A DNA stretch of 64,000 nt from Promethearchaeota archaeon. GTDB lineage: Archaea > Asgardarchaeota > Lokiarchaeia > Sigyniarchaeales > SOKP01. Every line of letters starts with the position of its first letter. The stretch's first letter is position 1. Both the position numbers and the translations under genes were made by a program. The stretch spans positions 128,001-192,000 of the forward strand of contig JBHLOY010000002.1 in the NCBI GenBank assembly GCA_048939995.1. Reading direction: 5' to 3'. Below the pieces are notes generated by a model, which had not been told where the DNA came from, did no database searches, and saw only the letters and a list, made by a program, of their open reading frames with translations. Positions 1-9,688 of the stretch are shown here, piece after piece.

Positions 1-55
1 GGGATCCATATTCTCCTCCACAGCTTGAACCATATAATCATCTCACTTTATTCAG

Positions 56-280
56 TTATTCATAGAGTGTGGTTACAAAGTTTTTTTCAAATAGAATGAG
101 AGGCTTAATGAATGTTTTATCTTTAGTTCCAATATTGCGCATATTTTGATAACAATTCCACTGATATTCATATGAACTTGAATCAAACACCCTTCTATGG
201 AATATGATCTCATTATCACATAGATGTACAATTCTTCTGCCATAAGATCTCTTTTGATTACATATTGGACAATGGAACAT
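56..280 (-). CDS. Small Cys/His-rich (zinc-finger-like) protein
   Basis: CPIC...HLC...WNC pattern; GAGAGGT SD and a promoter-like motif upstream. Confidence 0.55.
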   Translation of the reverse strand: MFHCPICNQKRSYGRRIVHLCDNEIIFHRRVFDSSSYEYQWNCYQNMRNIGTKDKTFIKPLILFEKNFVTTLYE

Positions 281-419
281 TATTCATAGACCTCTCATCT
301 TTTCTAAGATGATATTACCCTCTCTATATAAAAGAAAATTTTACAAATTTTTTTCTTTATATACACTTGCCATAAATCTTCCTTAACAATTCTATATTCA
401 TAAAATAAGGTTAAAAATA

Positions 420-1496
420 ATGCAAGAAATTGAAATTATTAAAAAATTATCAACGAGAATTGAAGATCGTCCTGAAGAGATTTTAAAATATATCCATATT
501 GGAATTAGCATTCCTGTATTGCCCCAATTCCATAAATATATTAAAAGTGATATTGAGGAATATAATGCTAAATCTATCCTTCTTGAAAACCAAATTGAAG
601 CGAAAGAATTCGGAAAACAAACCGATAATGTGATTGGTCATACTCTTATATACGATGATGGCGGAGAAGTATTATTTTTTGGATTTTTTAATATATATGA
701 TCATGATCCTAAGAAAATAGAACTTTTAGCAGATGAAATCATTAATTATGCTAAAGACAATGACTTTAGTATTATCAGGGGGCCAATTAATGTACCTACT
801 GTAATCTTTGGATGGGGATTTATGGTTGAGGGGAGTAGAAAAGACTTATTCATCGGATCTCCAATTAATCCACCAATCTATCAGCAAATCTTTATGGAAA
901 AAGGCTTCACTATCAAATTTCAAGAGGATAGGTACTGGATGCCTGCCTTAAAAATGGATCCCCATAATAATCCTGCTCTAGTCAAGAAAGGAGTAAATTT
1001 TGCGGAATATGAATTTAGCAATCCAGGAAGAGATGGGTTGATGGCAATTAAGGAAGAATATATTGAGCTTCACGCGACCTACATGCCGAATTCGGCTCGT
1101 ATTACTCCCAGAGCATCAAAGAATTTTGATAATATTGTAGATTTCACCCATACCTTTGGTGCAAACTGGATGATGTGGATTGTTCGCCATAAAGAATCTG
1201 GTCAGATGGCAGGGTGTGGATATATTATCCCTGATATTTTTCACTTAAATCGTAAAGGTGAATTAGATTCAGTAAGTTTTCATGATTGGGTTGTACATCC
1301 TGATCATCGCCGTAAGTATTTGTCAATGCTTATGTATGGAGAGACCTCTCTTCTTGCGAAAGACCGAAGAACACCTCACTATATTAATCGTGGATCATGG
1401 CCCGTAGGAGCGGATAATGTGGCAAATGCGAACGCTGCCATGAAGATGGGTGGAAAGAAAGATAGAAGCCATATAATTCTGGAAAAAACAGTCTAA
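420..1496 (+). CDS. GNAT-fold N-acyltransferase-like protein (YghO-like, two GNAT lobes)
   Basis: LFFGFF, IRGPIN..GWGF, N-P-x-Y and C-terminal VHPDHRRKYLS acetyl-CoA-binding-like segments. Confidence 0.6.
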   Translation: MQEIEIIKKLSTRIEDRPEEILKYIHIGISIPVLPQFHKYIKSDIEEYNAKSILLENQIEAKEFGKQTDNVIGHTLIYDDGGEVLFFGFFNIYDHDPKKIELLADEIINYAKDNDFSIIRGPINVPTVIFGWGFMVEGSRKDLFIGSPINPPIYQQIFMEKGFTIKFQEDRYWMPALKMDPHNNPALVKKGVNFAEYEFSNPGRDGLMAIKEEYIELHATYMPNSARITPRASKNFDNIVDFTHTFGANWMMWIVRHKESGQMAGCGYIIPDIFHLNRKGELDSVSFHDWVVHPDHRRKYLSMLMYGETSLLAKDRRTPHYINRGSWPVGADNVANANAAMKMGGKKDRSHIILEKTV

Positions 1497-1509
1497 AAAT
1501 TATTATTTT

Positions 1510-1869
1510 TTAATATCTATTATTTTTTTCTTTGAGTTTTCTATAAATATTATCTACTTTTAATTCAAGTTCAGTTAGAGTTTTCTTTTTTTCATTTAGT
1601 TCCTTCTCTAATTTGGCGCATATTTTTACATTTTTCCTTTGGTGTTCTAAATTTGCATAAAATGGGAAAAAATTAATGAGTTTATCAATAGTATTCTCTC
1701 CAAGTTTTAAAATGGCCTTCCTAAGTACGATATCTTCTATTTTTCCTGTTTTTAATTCTTTTATTAGCGATTTTAGTTTAAGTAGTTCATCGCCATCTAG
1801 CACGATTGAAATTAAATTATCTCGCAAGGTCTTATTATTATCAAAATCTTTTCCTTTAGCTGAGGTCAT
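1510..1869 (-). CDS. Hypothetical protein with C-terminal coiled coil; last gene of the membrane operon
   Basis: 119-aa ORF with AGGT SD, 7 nt after the apparent ancestral stop of the upstream gene. Confidence 0.6.
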   Translation of the reverse strand: MTSAKGKDFDNNKTLRDNLISIVLDGDELLKLKSLIKELKTGKIEDIVLRKAILKLGENTIDKLINFFPFYANLEHQRKNVKICAKLEKELNEKKKTLTELELKVDNIYRKLKEKNNRY

Positions 1870-1876
1870 TATTTAC

Positions 1877-2447
1877 CTACTCTCCTCTAACTCGAGATAT
1901 ACTTTTATAAAAATGTACTCGAATCTTTTTTTTTCTGGACTACTTGGAATGAAAAGGGAAGGGTAGGTTCGACAGTAGAAAGGCTTCTTAGAAATTGATT
2001 AATATTCGCATGTACAGTTTCAGGAACTACTTCAATCCTGAAAATCTTTAATCCAACAGTTAGAAGGTCAACCTTGTTCGTATAGAATATAATTTTAGGG
2101 TCATTAATAATGGTCCAAAATACAATATCTTTGAATGGATTTATAGATTGAAATTGAAATAATCCTTTTAGATGAAAGAATGACTCCCGAAATATTAATG
2201 AAAATATACTAATAAGAAGAATTGCAGATCCTAAAGCTATATAGACATTGTTAATAAGTAAATAGATGCATACTGAAAATAAAATTCCTAATATTACTAA
2301 AAATATTAGCTTAAATATTGAAAAGATGCTATTAGTATCATTGTAAGAAGGATGGATATCCCAAATCATCTTAAAATCTTCATTTGTGTCTTTTCTATCA
2401 GAATTTTGCTCACTTCCATTAAGAAAGTTTGTATAAAGATTAGTTAT
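1877..2447 (-). pseudogene. 2-TM membrane protein with cytoplasmic domain, frameshifted or internally deleted at an A9 tract; probable ATA start at 2447
   Basis: Frame is open from ATA 2447 right after GGAG and the upstream stop; main frame stops at 1905 just after T9 (1926-1934); a second frame reads KIRVHFYKSISRVRGE* to 1877, abutting the next gene. Confidence 0.5.
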
Positions 2448-2448
2448 T

Positions 2449-3279
2449 TTATTTCTCCCCCCTAAGAAAGAATTTTAGATACAATAATAAAGTCAAAAAG
2501 CCACTTCCAAAAAAAATCACAAGCAAAAGGCTTATAGCGAAAGTTAAATAAGGAAACATAATCATCTCATATAGAATTACACTCCCTAATAAAAAGAAAA
2601 AAATAATTGCCCCTATTATTACACATCCTAAACAAAAGGTTCTTATCCTGTTATTATTCCCCGAAAAAGATAGGATCTTCTTTTGTTTTGTAATTGATGT
2701 TTCTAATTGTTTCATATGTATGGCTTCCTCAAAGGAGCTTTTATGGAACCTCTGCTGTAATGTTTTCTGAAGTAAAACTTCTCTCTGACGTATATTATGG
2801 AGAAGAAGCTGTCTTGCTTTATTATTATCACTCTCATTCTTTTTATTTCGTGTCATTACCATAAAAAGATTTAAGTCCCTATGTTCAGGCCAAATATCGT
2901 CACCTAAAACCTGGTAGATATCTGGAACATCCATCTCTTGTAATTCATAATATAATGTAAAAATCTCTTTAATCTGATCATAGGAAATTTCACCTCGAAG
3001 TTTTAACAACATCAATTCTGCTAGTTTAAGGCGCTCCAATGTTGAAGTTTGAAAAATTGGGCTTTTAATAAAATTATAAAATGTTTCATTTATGAACTCT
3101 AAATAACTATAGAGATGTTCATTTTCCTTCTTTTTACGAGGTCGGAATCCTAAATAAGCACCTATCTCATCAATTGTATTGCTTAAAAGAACAAACCCTA
3201 CTACTGCTAATTTTTTAAAATTATGTGTTTGTTTGCATAGGTGAATAAGAAGCTTTAATTTAGAGTTTACATTATTCAT
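2449..3279 (-). CDS. Hypothetical protein with helical N-domain and two C-terminal TM helices
   Basis: Hydrophobic C-terminal hairpin; ATGA overlap with the upstream gene. Confidence 0.7.
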   Translation of the reverse strand: MNNVNSKLKLLIHLCKQTHNFKKLAVVGFVLLSNTIDEIGAYLGFRPRKKKENEHLYSYLEFINETFYNFIKSPIFQTSTLERLKLAELMLLKLRGEISYDQIKEIFTLYYELQEMDVPDIYQVLGDDIWPEHRDLNLFMVMTRNKKNESDNNKARQLLLHNIRQREVLLQKTLQQRFHKSSFEEAIHMKQLETSITKQKKILSFSGNNNRIRTFCLGCVIIGAIIFFFLLGSVILYEMIMFPYLTFAISLLLVIFFGSGFLTLLLYLKFFLRGEK

Positions 3280-3971
3280 GCCCTTATCACACTCTTTTGT
3301 TTTTTATTATTAGATGCGTTTTTATATTGATTAAGCACAAGTTCCTCTTCTTGGATATATTTATCTAAATCAAGAGGTTCTTGAATTTTCTGAATATATT
3401 TCTCTAATATTCCTTCAGAAGATTGAGGGTTTTGTTCTAATGAGGTTGCTATCCTATAATATAAAATTGTATAAGGAAATAAGAAGATAAAGCTGATTAC
3501 TTCCATAATATATCCGATGTTAATTGAATATTGAAAGATAACTTCCAAATCGGGATCATAGAACGAAATATTTGGGAAATAATATTGATAGGGGAATAAG
3601 TACATAATAGGATAAACTACTATGAAAAATACGACTAAAAGCAATGTGAAAATATTTATGTATGAAACTAATCTATTCGGAGTTCTATAAACTAAGCCTA
3701 TTAAGGTAAATGCTAAACTGACAAGAAAACAAATCACAATTATAAATGGTAAAGACTCTGCAGTTGGGGTATAGATTTCATTAAATATTGATCCTGATGC
3801 AAAGATGGTATACCAGTTAAAAATAGGATTATAACTCCAATAGACTACAAGGTTTCCGTTCTCGTCAAAAGCTTGGAAAATATACCAATCAAAAAACAAG
3901 AAAACTCCTGCAATAATAATTCCTATTATAAACATTATCCGTGTAAAACTAGGGATCTTAATTAAGAACAC
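3276..3971 (-). CDS. Integral membrane protein (about 4 TM)
   Basis: Four hydrophobic segments; GTG start 3 nt after the upstream stop. Confidence 0.7.
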   Translation of the reverse strand: MFLIKIPSFTRIMFIIGIIIAGVFLFFDWYIFQAFDENGNLVVYWSYNPIFNWYTIFASGSIFNEIYTPTAESLPFIIVICFLVSLAFTLIGLVYRTPNRLVSYINIFTLLLVVFFIVVYPIMYLFPYQYYFPNISFYDPDLEVIFQYSINIGYIMEVISFIFLFPYTILYYRIATSLEQNPQSSEGILEKYIQKIQEPLDLDKYIQEEELVLNQYKNASNNKKQKSVIRA

Positions 3972-3974
3972 CTC

Positions 3975-5726
3975 TTATTCAGCCAAAAATTCATAAATCT
4001 TAGCGTGGTATCCATCTTCTTTATTTTCTGGGTCATCATCTTCTTGTTCGAATAAATCTTCTAAATCTTTCTCTTGAGGTTTTAGAAGTTGATTCTTGAT
4101 CATCAGTTCAGATTTTGTATGTTCAATTTTATTCAATAACCTATATGGATTCGATTTACCGAAACATTCATAACCAAGCTGAAGCATTAAATCATCAATA
4201 AACTCTTGATAAATTATCTCTAAACTTGCCTCATCTAATGTTATTTGCCTTTGATAACTATGGATCATATACTGATCCCTAATATTCTTTCTCTTAACCC
4301 TAAAAATATAAAAAAGATATGCTACTAATGCGGTATAAATGCCAAGTATCACATAACTTAACCCTATAAACGGAAGGAGCAAAGAAGGTATTTGTGTTAA
4401 TGCTACAATTATAGTAAGAAACCCAAAACCAAAGGGTAAAAGAGAGTATCGCAGAAGTTGCTTTTGAAACCTTTGATTTGCTTGATTTTCTGTAATTTCA
4501 CCTTCTTGTGCAGTATTATATTCTGCTACAAACTTATGCTTATTCTCCAGAAACTGTGTAAGCGTGGTAACTTGATTTTCTTGAATAAAATGAATATTTG
4601 AGCTTTTTTGATAAGCAAAAGGAATTGATTTCTCTAAGAACTTAATTTCTGATAATGAGATTAAAATTGGATCAACATGAACTAAATAATGAGTTTTTGA
4701 AGAATTTAATAATACCTCATCACTCTCATAAAAATTCTGGTTTACTTCAAAATTAGTTATCAAAAATTTCTGAATATACTCAAATAGAGCACCTTTATTT
4801 TTAACATTTTCAATTATATTATGCATTACTTCCGTTAAATTTGCAGCAAAATTATTGATCATTAGATTTTTCTCTCTTTGGCTTCGATAATAAATAGAAT
4901 CTTCAGAAATTATTAATAAATCATCAATTTGGGCAAATTTGATTGGATAAATGAAGATTATATGCTGAGTTTGCCTAAAAGAATCTACCTTAAATATTAA
5001 CTCATCTATATCCTGAAATTGATCCTTAATTTTCTCTAAAGGTATTGAGAAGTAACCTTTTGAGGTTAATTCTTCTATTATTTTTGCCTTAGAGTCTAAA
5101 ATCTCCGGTATCTCTTTAATCTCATCTGGAAGAATTTCTTCTTTTAGATATTCATGATATGAGGTCTGATCCTTAATTGAATCTAGTTGGTCTAAGGGTC
5201 CATTTAGCTTTGACTTAATCATTAGTTCTCTAGAGTCTTTTACAGGCTCAAATTCAACAGAAATTTTACTTTTTGGCTGGATGTTAAGATTAGTTTGCTT
5301 TGTTTTAGGATAATCGTTCAAATTAGAAATCCTTAGATACTCCTGTGCTGAGATAACCATTTGCTTCGCAGTTTCGATTCCTATTCCTTTAATACATGCT
5401 AATGTTTTTGGACTAGATTTAGCAATTTTCTCTATTGTATTATATCCTGCTTCCCATAATTTATGTTCATGAGTAGGACCTACTCCCTTCAGTTTTGTAA
5501 GACCTGCATTTAACTTTTTCTCCTCCTCCGCCTTATATGATTTCATGAGAACAAATGAAAGCTCTCTAAACTTAGTTGACCATTCTTTTTCTGCATGTAA
5601 TTCTGACTCTTCTATGCCCTTTTTTGCTAATTTTGCAGCTTGATCTGTATCCCCTGCTTCCAATGCTTGTTGTGTCATATCATATAGATAATTTAGATCC
5701 CATTTCTTTTCTAATAGGTCTTGCAT
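3975..5726 (-). CDS. Membrane-anchored helix-hairpin-helix DNA-binding protein (RadA-N-like HhH pair, 2 C-terminal TM)
   Basis: LTKLKGVGP..KLWEAGY.TIEKIA...LACIKGIG.ETAKQM; two TM helices near the C-terminus. Start moved from 5990 to ATG 5726 because it lies 31 nt from a TATA box and the longer ORF overlaps the divergent gene. Confidence 0.7.
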   Translation of the reverse strand: MQDLLEKKWDLNYLYDMTQQALEAGDTDQAAKLAKKGIEESELHAEKEWSTKFRELSFVLMKSYKAEEEKKLNAGLTKLKGVGPTHEHKLWEAGYNTIEKIAKSSPKTLACIKGIGIETAKQMVISAQEYLRISNLNDYPKTKQTNLNIQPKSKISVEFEPVKDSRELMIKSKLNGPLDQLDSIKDQTSYHEYLKEEILPDEIKEIPEILDSKAKIIEELTSKGYFSIPLEKIKDQFQDIDELIFKVDSFRQTQHIIFIYPIKFAQIDDLLIISEDSIYYRSQREKNLMINNFAANLTEVMHNIIENVKNKGALFEYIQKFLITNFEVNQNFYESDEVLLNSSKTHYLVHVDPILISLSEIKFLEKSIPFAYQKSSNIHFIQENQVTTLTQFLENKHKFVAEYNTAQEGEITENQANQRFQKQLLRYSLLPFGFGFLTIIVALTQIPSLLLPFIGLSYVILGIYTALVAYLFYIFRVKRKNIRDQYMIHSYQRQITLDEASLEIIYQEFIDDLMLQLGYECFGKSNPYRLLNKIEHTKSELMIKNQLLKPQEKDLEDLFEQEDDDPENKEDGYHAKIYEFLAE

Positions 5727-5834
5727 ACTATAAACTAATTTTTTCCTCATATATAAAGAAAAAATTTCCATGAAATGTTTGAAATTTTCCTTTAAATAGT
5801 TAAGAAAATTAGAATTCAGTTGAGGCTGGTAAAA

Positions 5835-6131
5835 ATGGGGATTGAGCTTAAAATTAAAAAGAATACGAAAGCAATACCAAGGAAGTTTTTTAAGTGTGCT
5901 CATTGTGGCTCTTTTATCGAAATTAAAATAGACTATAAAGTAGTAGAACAATCTAAAGAGAAAGGTCAGTTTATTATTCCTCATTTTCATCTACATGGTA
6001 ATCCCTTACATGGTACTCTCTGTCATTTTAACTTAAATGGAGATATAAGAAATATAGATATAATAGAAAATATCTCGGTTGCAAAAGAGCCAAATATTCT
6101 ATACCAAATACTAGATAAATTGTTAAACTAA
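5835..6131 (+). CDS. Small putative Zn-binding protein (CxxC ... HxHGxPxH family typical of Lokiarchaeia)
   Basis: CAHC and HFHLHGNPLH; ATG 5835 lies downstream of TATA 5791-5798. Confidence 0.65.
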   Translation: MGIELKIKKNTKAIPRKFFKCAHCGSFIEIKIDYKVVEQSKEKGQFIIPHFHLHGNPLHGTLCHFNLNGDIRNIDIIENISVAKEPNILYQILDKLLN

Positions 6132-6147
6132 CTTTAACAGGGAAATA

Positions 6148-7042
6148 ATGACTCTTCATAATTTCACCACTGATGAGATTCCAGAGTTAGTAAAACAAGA
6201 TAATGAGATCTTTAAATACATCTCTGATGATAGAATTCTCCGAGTACTATTCGAGCAAAAAATTTTTGTCTTAAGAGAAATTCAAAAAAAAGCTATTGAG
6301 AATGGTTTGTTTTTCCGAAAATCATTCTTAATTTGTTCACCTTCTGGGAGCGGAAAGACATTAATAGGAGAGATTTGTGCGTTTCATAATATATTTAATA
6401 ATTTTGGGAAATCTATATACTTGGTTCCGTTTAAGGCATTAGCCACTGAGAAATATTATTATTTCAAAAAATATTATAGCCGTTTTAAAGTAAATGTTAC
6501 ATTATCAATTGGAGATTATGATGTGGATGATTTGAAATTAGAAAAAGCAGACCTGGTTATTACCACATACGAAAAATGCGACTCGATTCTCAGAAATTTC
6601 TATGATAAAGCGTGGATCCACGATATCTCTACAATCATCATAGATGAGATACATATAGTAGGAGAATCAGACCGTGGTCCACGATTGGAATCATTAATAG
6701 TGCGATTAAACGAGTTTCTTCACCACCCCCAATTTAGAGCGAATTATCACTTTTATTGGAATTATTGCGATCCACTTAAGTGATAATTATATCGAACTTC
6801 AAGACAAAATGATTCATATTGCAGAGATAGCTGAGACTTTGAAGATTCGGGTACATTATGGAATAAAAGAACAATTATTCGATTTAGTATTGCGTTTAGA
6901 TAATGTAGCGCTGGTGAGCGCGCGTATTATTTATAACGCGGGCTATCATACCGCTACACAGGTACGTAAAGAGAATCCTTATAAATTACATTGCAAAACC
7001 GGATTAGGAATAAATATATGTAGAAAAATCATAAAAAGCTAA
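6148..7042 (+). pseudogene. hel308: Hel308/Ski2-like SF2 helicase with a large internal deletion and frameshift
   Basis: Q-motif (REIQ), PSGSGKT, VPFKALA, TTYEK and DEIH..RG in 6148-6730; a new frame from about 6730 gives NLERII...RVHYGIKEQLFDLV...ARIIYNAGY (Hel308 domains 4/5); motifs III-VI are absent. Confidence 0.85.
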
Positions 7043-7228
7043 TATGTAAGATTTTTTATTTAAATATAGTTATTATTTCTTTTATCCAAGAGGTAACTAC
7101 GTAAAATTTTTACTCAATTGGAAAATTCTCCTTAAAATCTCTACCAATAATGGTATTTAAAGGTTTAAGTAGTCCCTCTTTCTTTTTTTTCTTTTTATAG
7201 TCTTAAATTAAATACGAATAGAGAATAA

Positions 7229-7543
7229 ATGGATAAAGCAGAAAAATCTGAAGAATCTAAAGAATTTCAGTGGAAAGATTATATTAAGAGAAGAAACAGG
7301 CAACCTGGAGGGGCTCAAATTCAAGAGTATATTATATATCAAAAGCCAGGTAAAGAGAAAAATCATTACTATATTAGGAAATATGAGAAAACTAAAGAAC
7401 AAAATTTAGAAACATTAAATTTAATCCAAGAAATTCTTGACAATACAGCAGATTTGACTCCAAAACAAATAATAGACTATTTTAATAGTCAAAGATACTT
7501 TATCAAACTCTATTTTAAACAATTAAACGAAGAAAGAAAATAA
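7229..7543 (+). CDS. Hypothetical protein
   Basis: 104-aa ORF with a promoter-like motif at 7183-7199. Confidence 0.55.
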   Translation: MDKAEKSEESKEFQWKDYIKRRNRQPGGAQIQEYIIYQKPGKEKNHYYIRKYEKTKEQNLETLNLIQEILDNTADLTPKQIIDYFNSQRYFIKLYFKQLNEERK

Positions 7544-7670
7544 ATTTGTTTAAGTAAATTAGTAAATTTTCAATCTAATTTTGTTTTTCTATTAATTCTT
7601 TAATATGCAAGTTATAATTTTCCTTTAAATTAAATTAAAATTATTATATTTAAAAAAAAAGTGAATAAAG

Positions 7671-7886
7671 ATGAGTTCTGGAATTACCAAAATTAAAAAG
7701 CATTTAGAAACTGAGATGAATAGTGATCTAGAGTTAGTATATATTCTATCTAAAACCTTAATTCCTTTTTCCAAACTCTTCGACAAGAAAAGAGACCCAG
7801 ATATATATACTGGGCAAGAAATAATACCTTTTCGAGAAAAACACCCTATTTTTAAAGCTTTAATGCGAATTGAGTTTGAGGATTGA
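7671..7886 (+). CDS. Hypothetical small protein
   Basis: 71-aa ORF with a promoter-like motif at 7616-7630. Confidence 0.5.
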   Translation: MSSGITKIKKHLETEMNSDLELVYILSKTLIPFSKLFDKKRDPDIYTGQEIIPFREKHPIFKALMRIEFED

Positions 7887-7989
7887 AAAGAATTTAAAGT
7901 AAATTTTCATCCTTTTTCCCGTATTTTTAATTATCTGAATCCAAATAAAGGTATAATTAGATTATAAAAAGTGGAAATAAAAAAGATAA

Positions 7990-8151
7990 TTACTTTTTTT
8001 GAAATAATTTAATAATTTGATCCCAAAGTCTAGGATTCGAAATTCTATATTCCCGAATCTTTTGGAGCATGATCTCTGTGTTTTCTTGTTGTGGGATAAC
8101 ATGTGTAATAAATTCTATCGTTTGTGTCATCTTTAATTTTTCTTTTAGCAT
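7990..8151 (-). CDS. Small hypothetical protein (53 aa, not in ORF track)
   Basis: GAGGT SD, then MLKEKLKMTQTIEF...WDQIIKLFQKK*; TATA at 8199-8206. Confidence 0.5.
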   Translation of the reverse strand: MLKEKLKMTQTIEFITHVIPQQENTEIMLQKIREYRISNPRLWDQIIKLFQKK

Positions 8152-8327
8152 ATTTTACCTCAATGAATATAATGATTACTTATAATCAAATATAGAAATA
8201 TTTAAACAAAAAATTCAGAAAAGTAGTTAATTGCTAGATAAGAATATTTTTTCAAGTGGATTAAATTTTTCTTTATAAATAATCGCTATTTTTTGACAAT
8301 ACAGAAATTATTGGATATAAAAATAGC

Positions 8328-9554
8328 ATGATCACTCAAAATATTCTCCCTTTCTATATAGTGCAGCATGAGGAATTATTTCCTAACACTATAGATGAAT
8401 ATCTGCTTAAATTATTCCCTCTAGTGGATGTAAATATAAATAATCGAGTATACTATCCATTTGAATTAGAAACTCGATTAGGAAATAAAAAAATAAATCC
8501 CTATCTGCGAATAGCTCAACCAGATGATGCTCCGAAGATTGCCGAGATTTGTAAAGAAGTATATGAATCCTCATATCCATATAAAGAAATGGAAGACGCT
8601 GTTCATATACATGAAATGATATTGAGTTCAAATCATCATTTTATCCTCTTTGAGACTGATACAGGAGAAAATGCAGGATGTTTTCGCTGTGCATTAGATT
8701 TTGAGCATAAAAAGGGATATATGGGAGGATTTATGGTTCGTAAGAAATTTCAAGGAAAATTGGACGTAGTACGAGCGATTATGGGATCTTATATTTGGAT
8801 GTGGAATTCTTTTAAAGATGAAATTTTGGTGTGGTATTGTGAGAATCGAACCGCTCATGCCACTTCTCAATATATTACCGCTATTTGTGGCATATACACC
8901 GTGGCCATCTTTCCTAATAAAGATCGATTCTTTGGTAAGATTGAATCGGATGTTATGGGTATTATCTATGTAGAGAAAGTATTGCGAGACTTACGAATCT
9001 CTCAAACTCCTTGTTTTATAGAAGCTGTAGAGAAACCATATCTGTATTCAGATAAATTATATAATCTTGGACTCTATAGAAAAGTAAAGCCAATGATTAA
9101 ATTAGATACACACAGGATTGATAAATTTAAGAAAGATTTTAGATGTAATGTTACAAAAGATAAGTATGGCTATGAATATTATTGTTTCTCTATAGAGCAT
9201 TCTGGCTCATACTTTAATTTTCTCCATAACAGCCATATTCAAAATCTTGAGAAAGCTGAATTTCGAGTTGATTCTACAGAAGAATTGTATTTATATATTC
9301 AAGAGCTAAAAAAATTAATGACCGACTTAAAAATTCGATATTGTGAGGTATTTGTCTCTGCTTATAATCCGGAATATCAACAATTATTCTTTAATGCAGG
9401 TTTTAGTCCAAGAGGATATGTACCTTGCTGGACCTATAACCCTGAAAAAAATAGATTTGAAGATAAAATTATTTTTAACTATTTCGAAGGAGATATTACC
9501 CATATAGATTTATTACCTCAAGGATATGAACTACTTAGTTGTATCCAGGTATGA
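8328..9554 (+). CDS. GNAT-family acetyltransferase-like protein (tandem GNAT)
   Basis: LRIAQPDDAPKIAEICKEVYESSYPY, FMVRKKFQG, ENRTAH..SQ, GFSPRGYVP. Confidence 0.65.
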   Translation: MITQNILPFYIVQHEELFPNTIDEYLLKLFPLVDVNINNRVYYPFELETRLGNKKINPYLRIAQPDDAPKIAEICKEVYESSYPYKEMEDAVHIHEMILSSNHHFILFETDTGENAGCFRCALDFEHKKGYMGGFMVRKKFQGKLDVVRAIMGSYIWMWNSFKDEILVWYCENRTAHATSQYITAICGIYTVAIFPNKDRFFGKIESDVMGIIYVEKVLRDLRISQTPCFIEAVEKPYLYSDKLYNLGLYRKVKPMIKLDTHRIDKFKKDFRCNVTKDKYGYEYYCFSIEHSGSYFNFLHNSHIQNLEKAEFRVDSTEELYLYIQELKKLMTDLKIRYCEVFVSAYNPEYQQLFFNAGFSPRGYVPCWTYNPEKNRFEDKIIFNYFEGDITHIDLLPQGYELLSCIQV

Positions 9555-9688
9555 TTTTTTTTTATACTAATTCATTCTGAATTTGTATCTTTGCTTACCT
9601 AATGGAATAAGAATTTTTTCTTGTATTGCTTTTCTAATATAGTGGTTCTTTAAGTCGCTCTTATCTAAATCAAAGGAAATTATTTTAG

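Noticed and set aside
5727-5990. N-terminal 88 aa of the 671-aa ORF
   Set aside because: Overlaps the divergent Zn-protein gene and both promoters; ATG 5726 fits TATA spacing.
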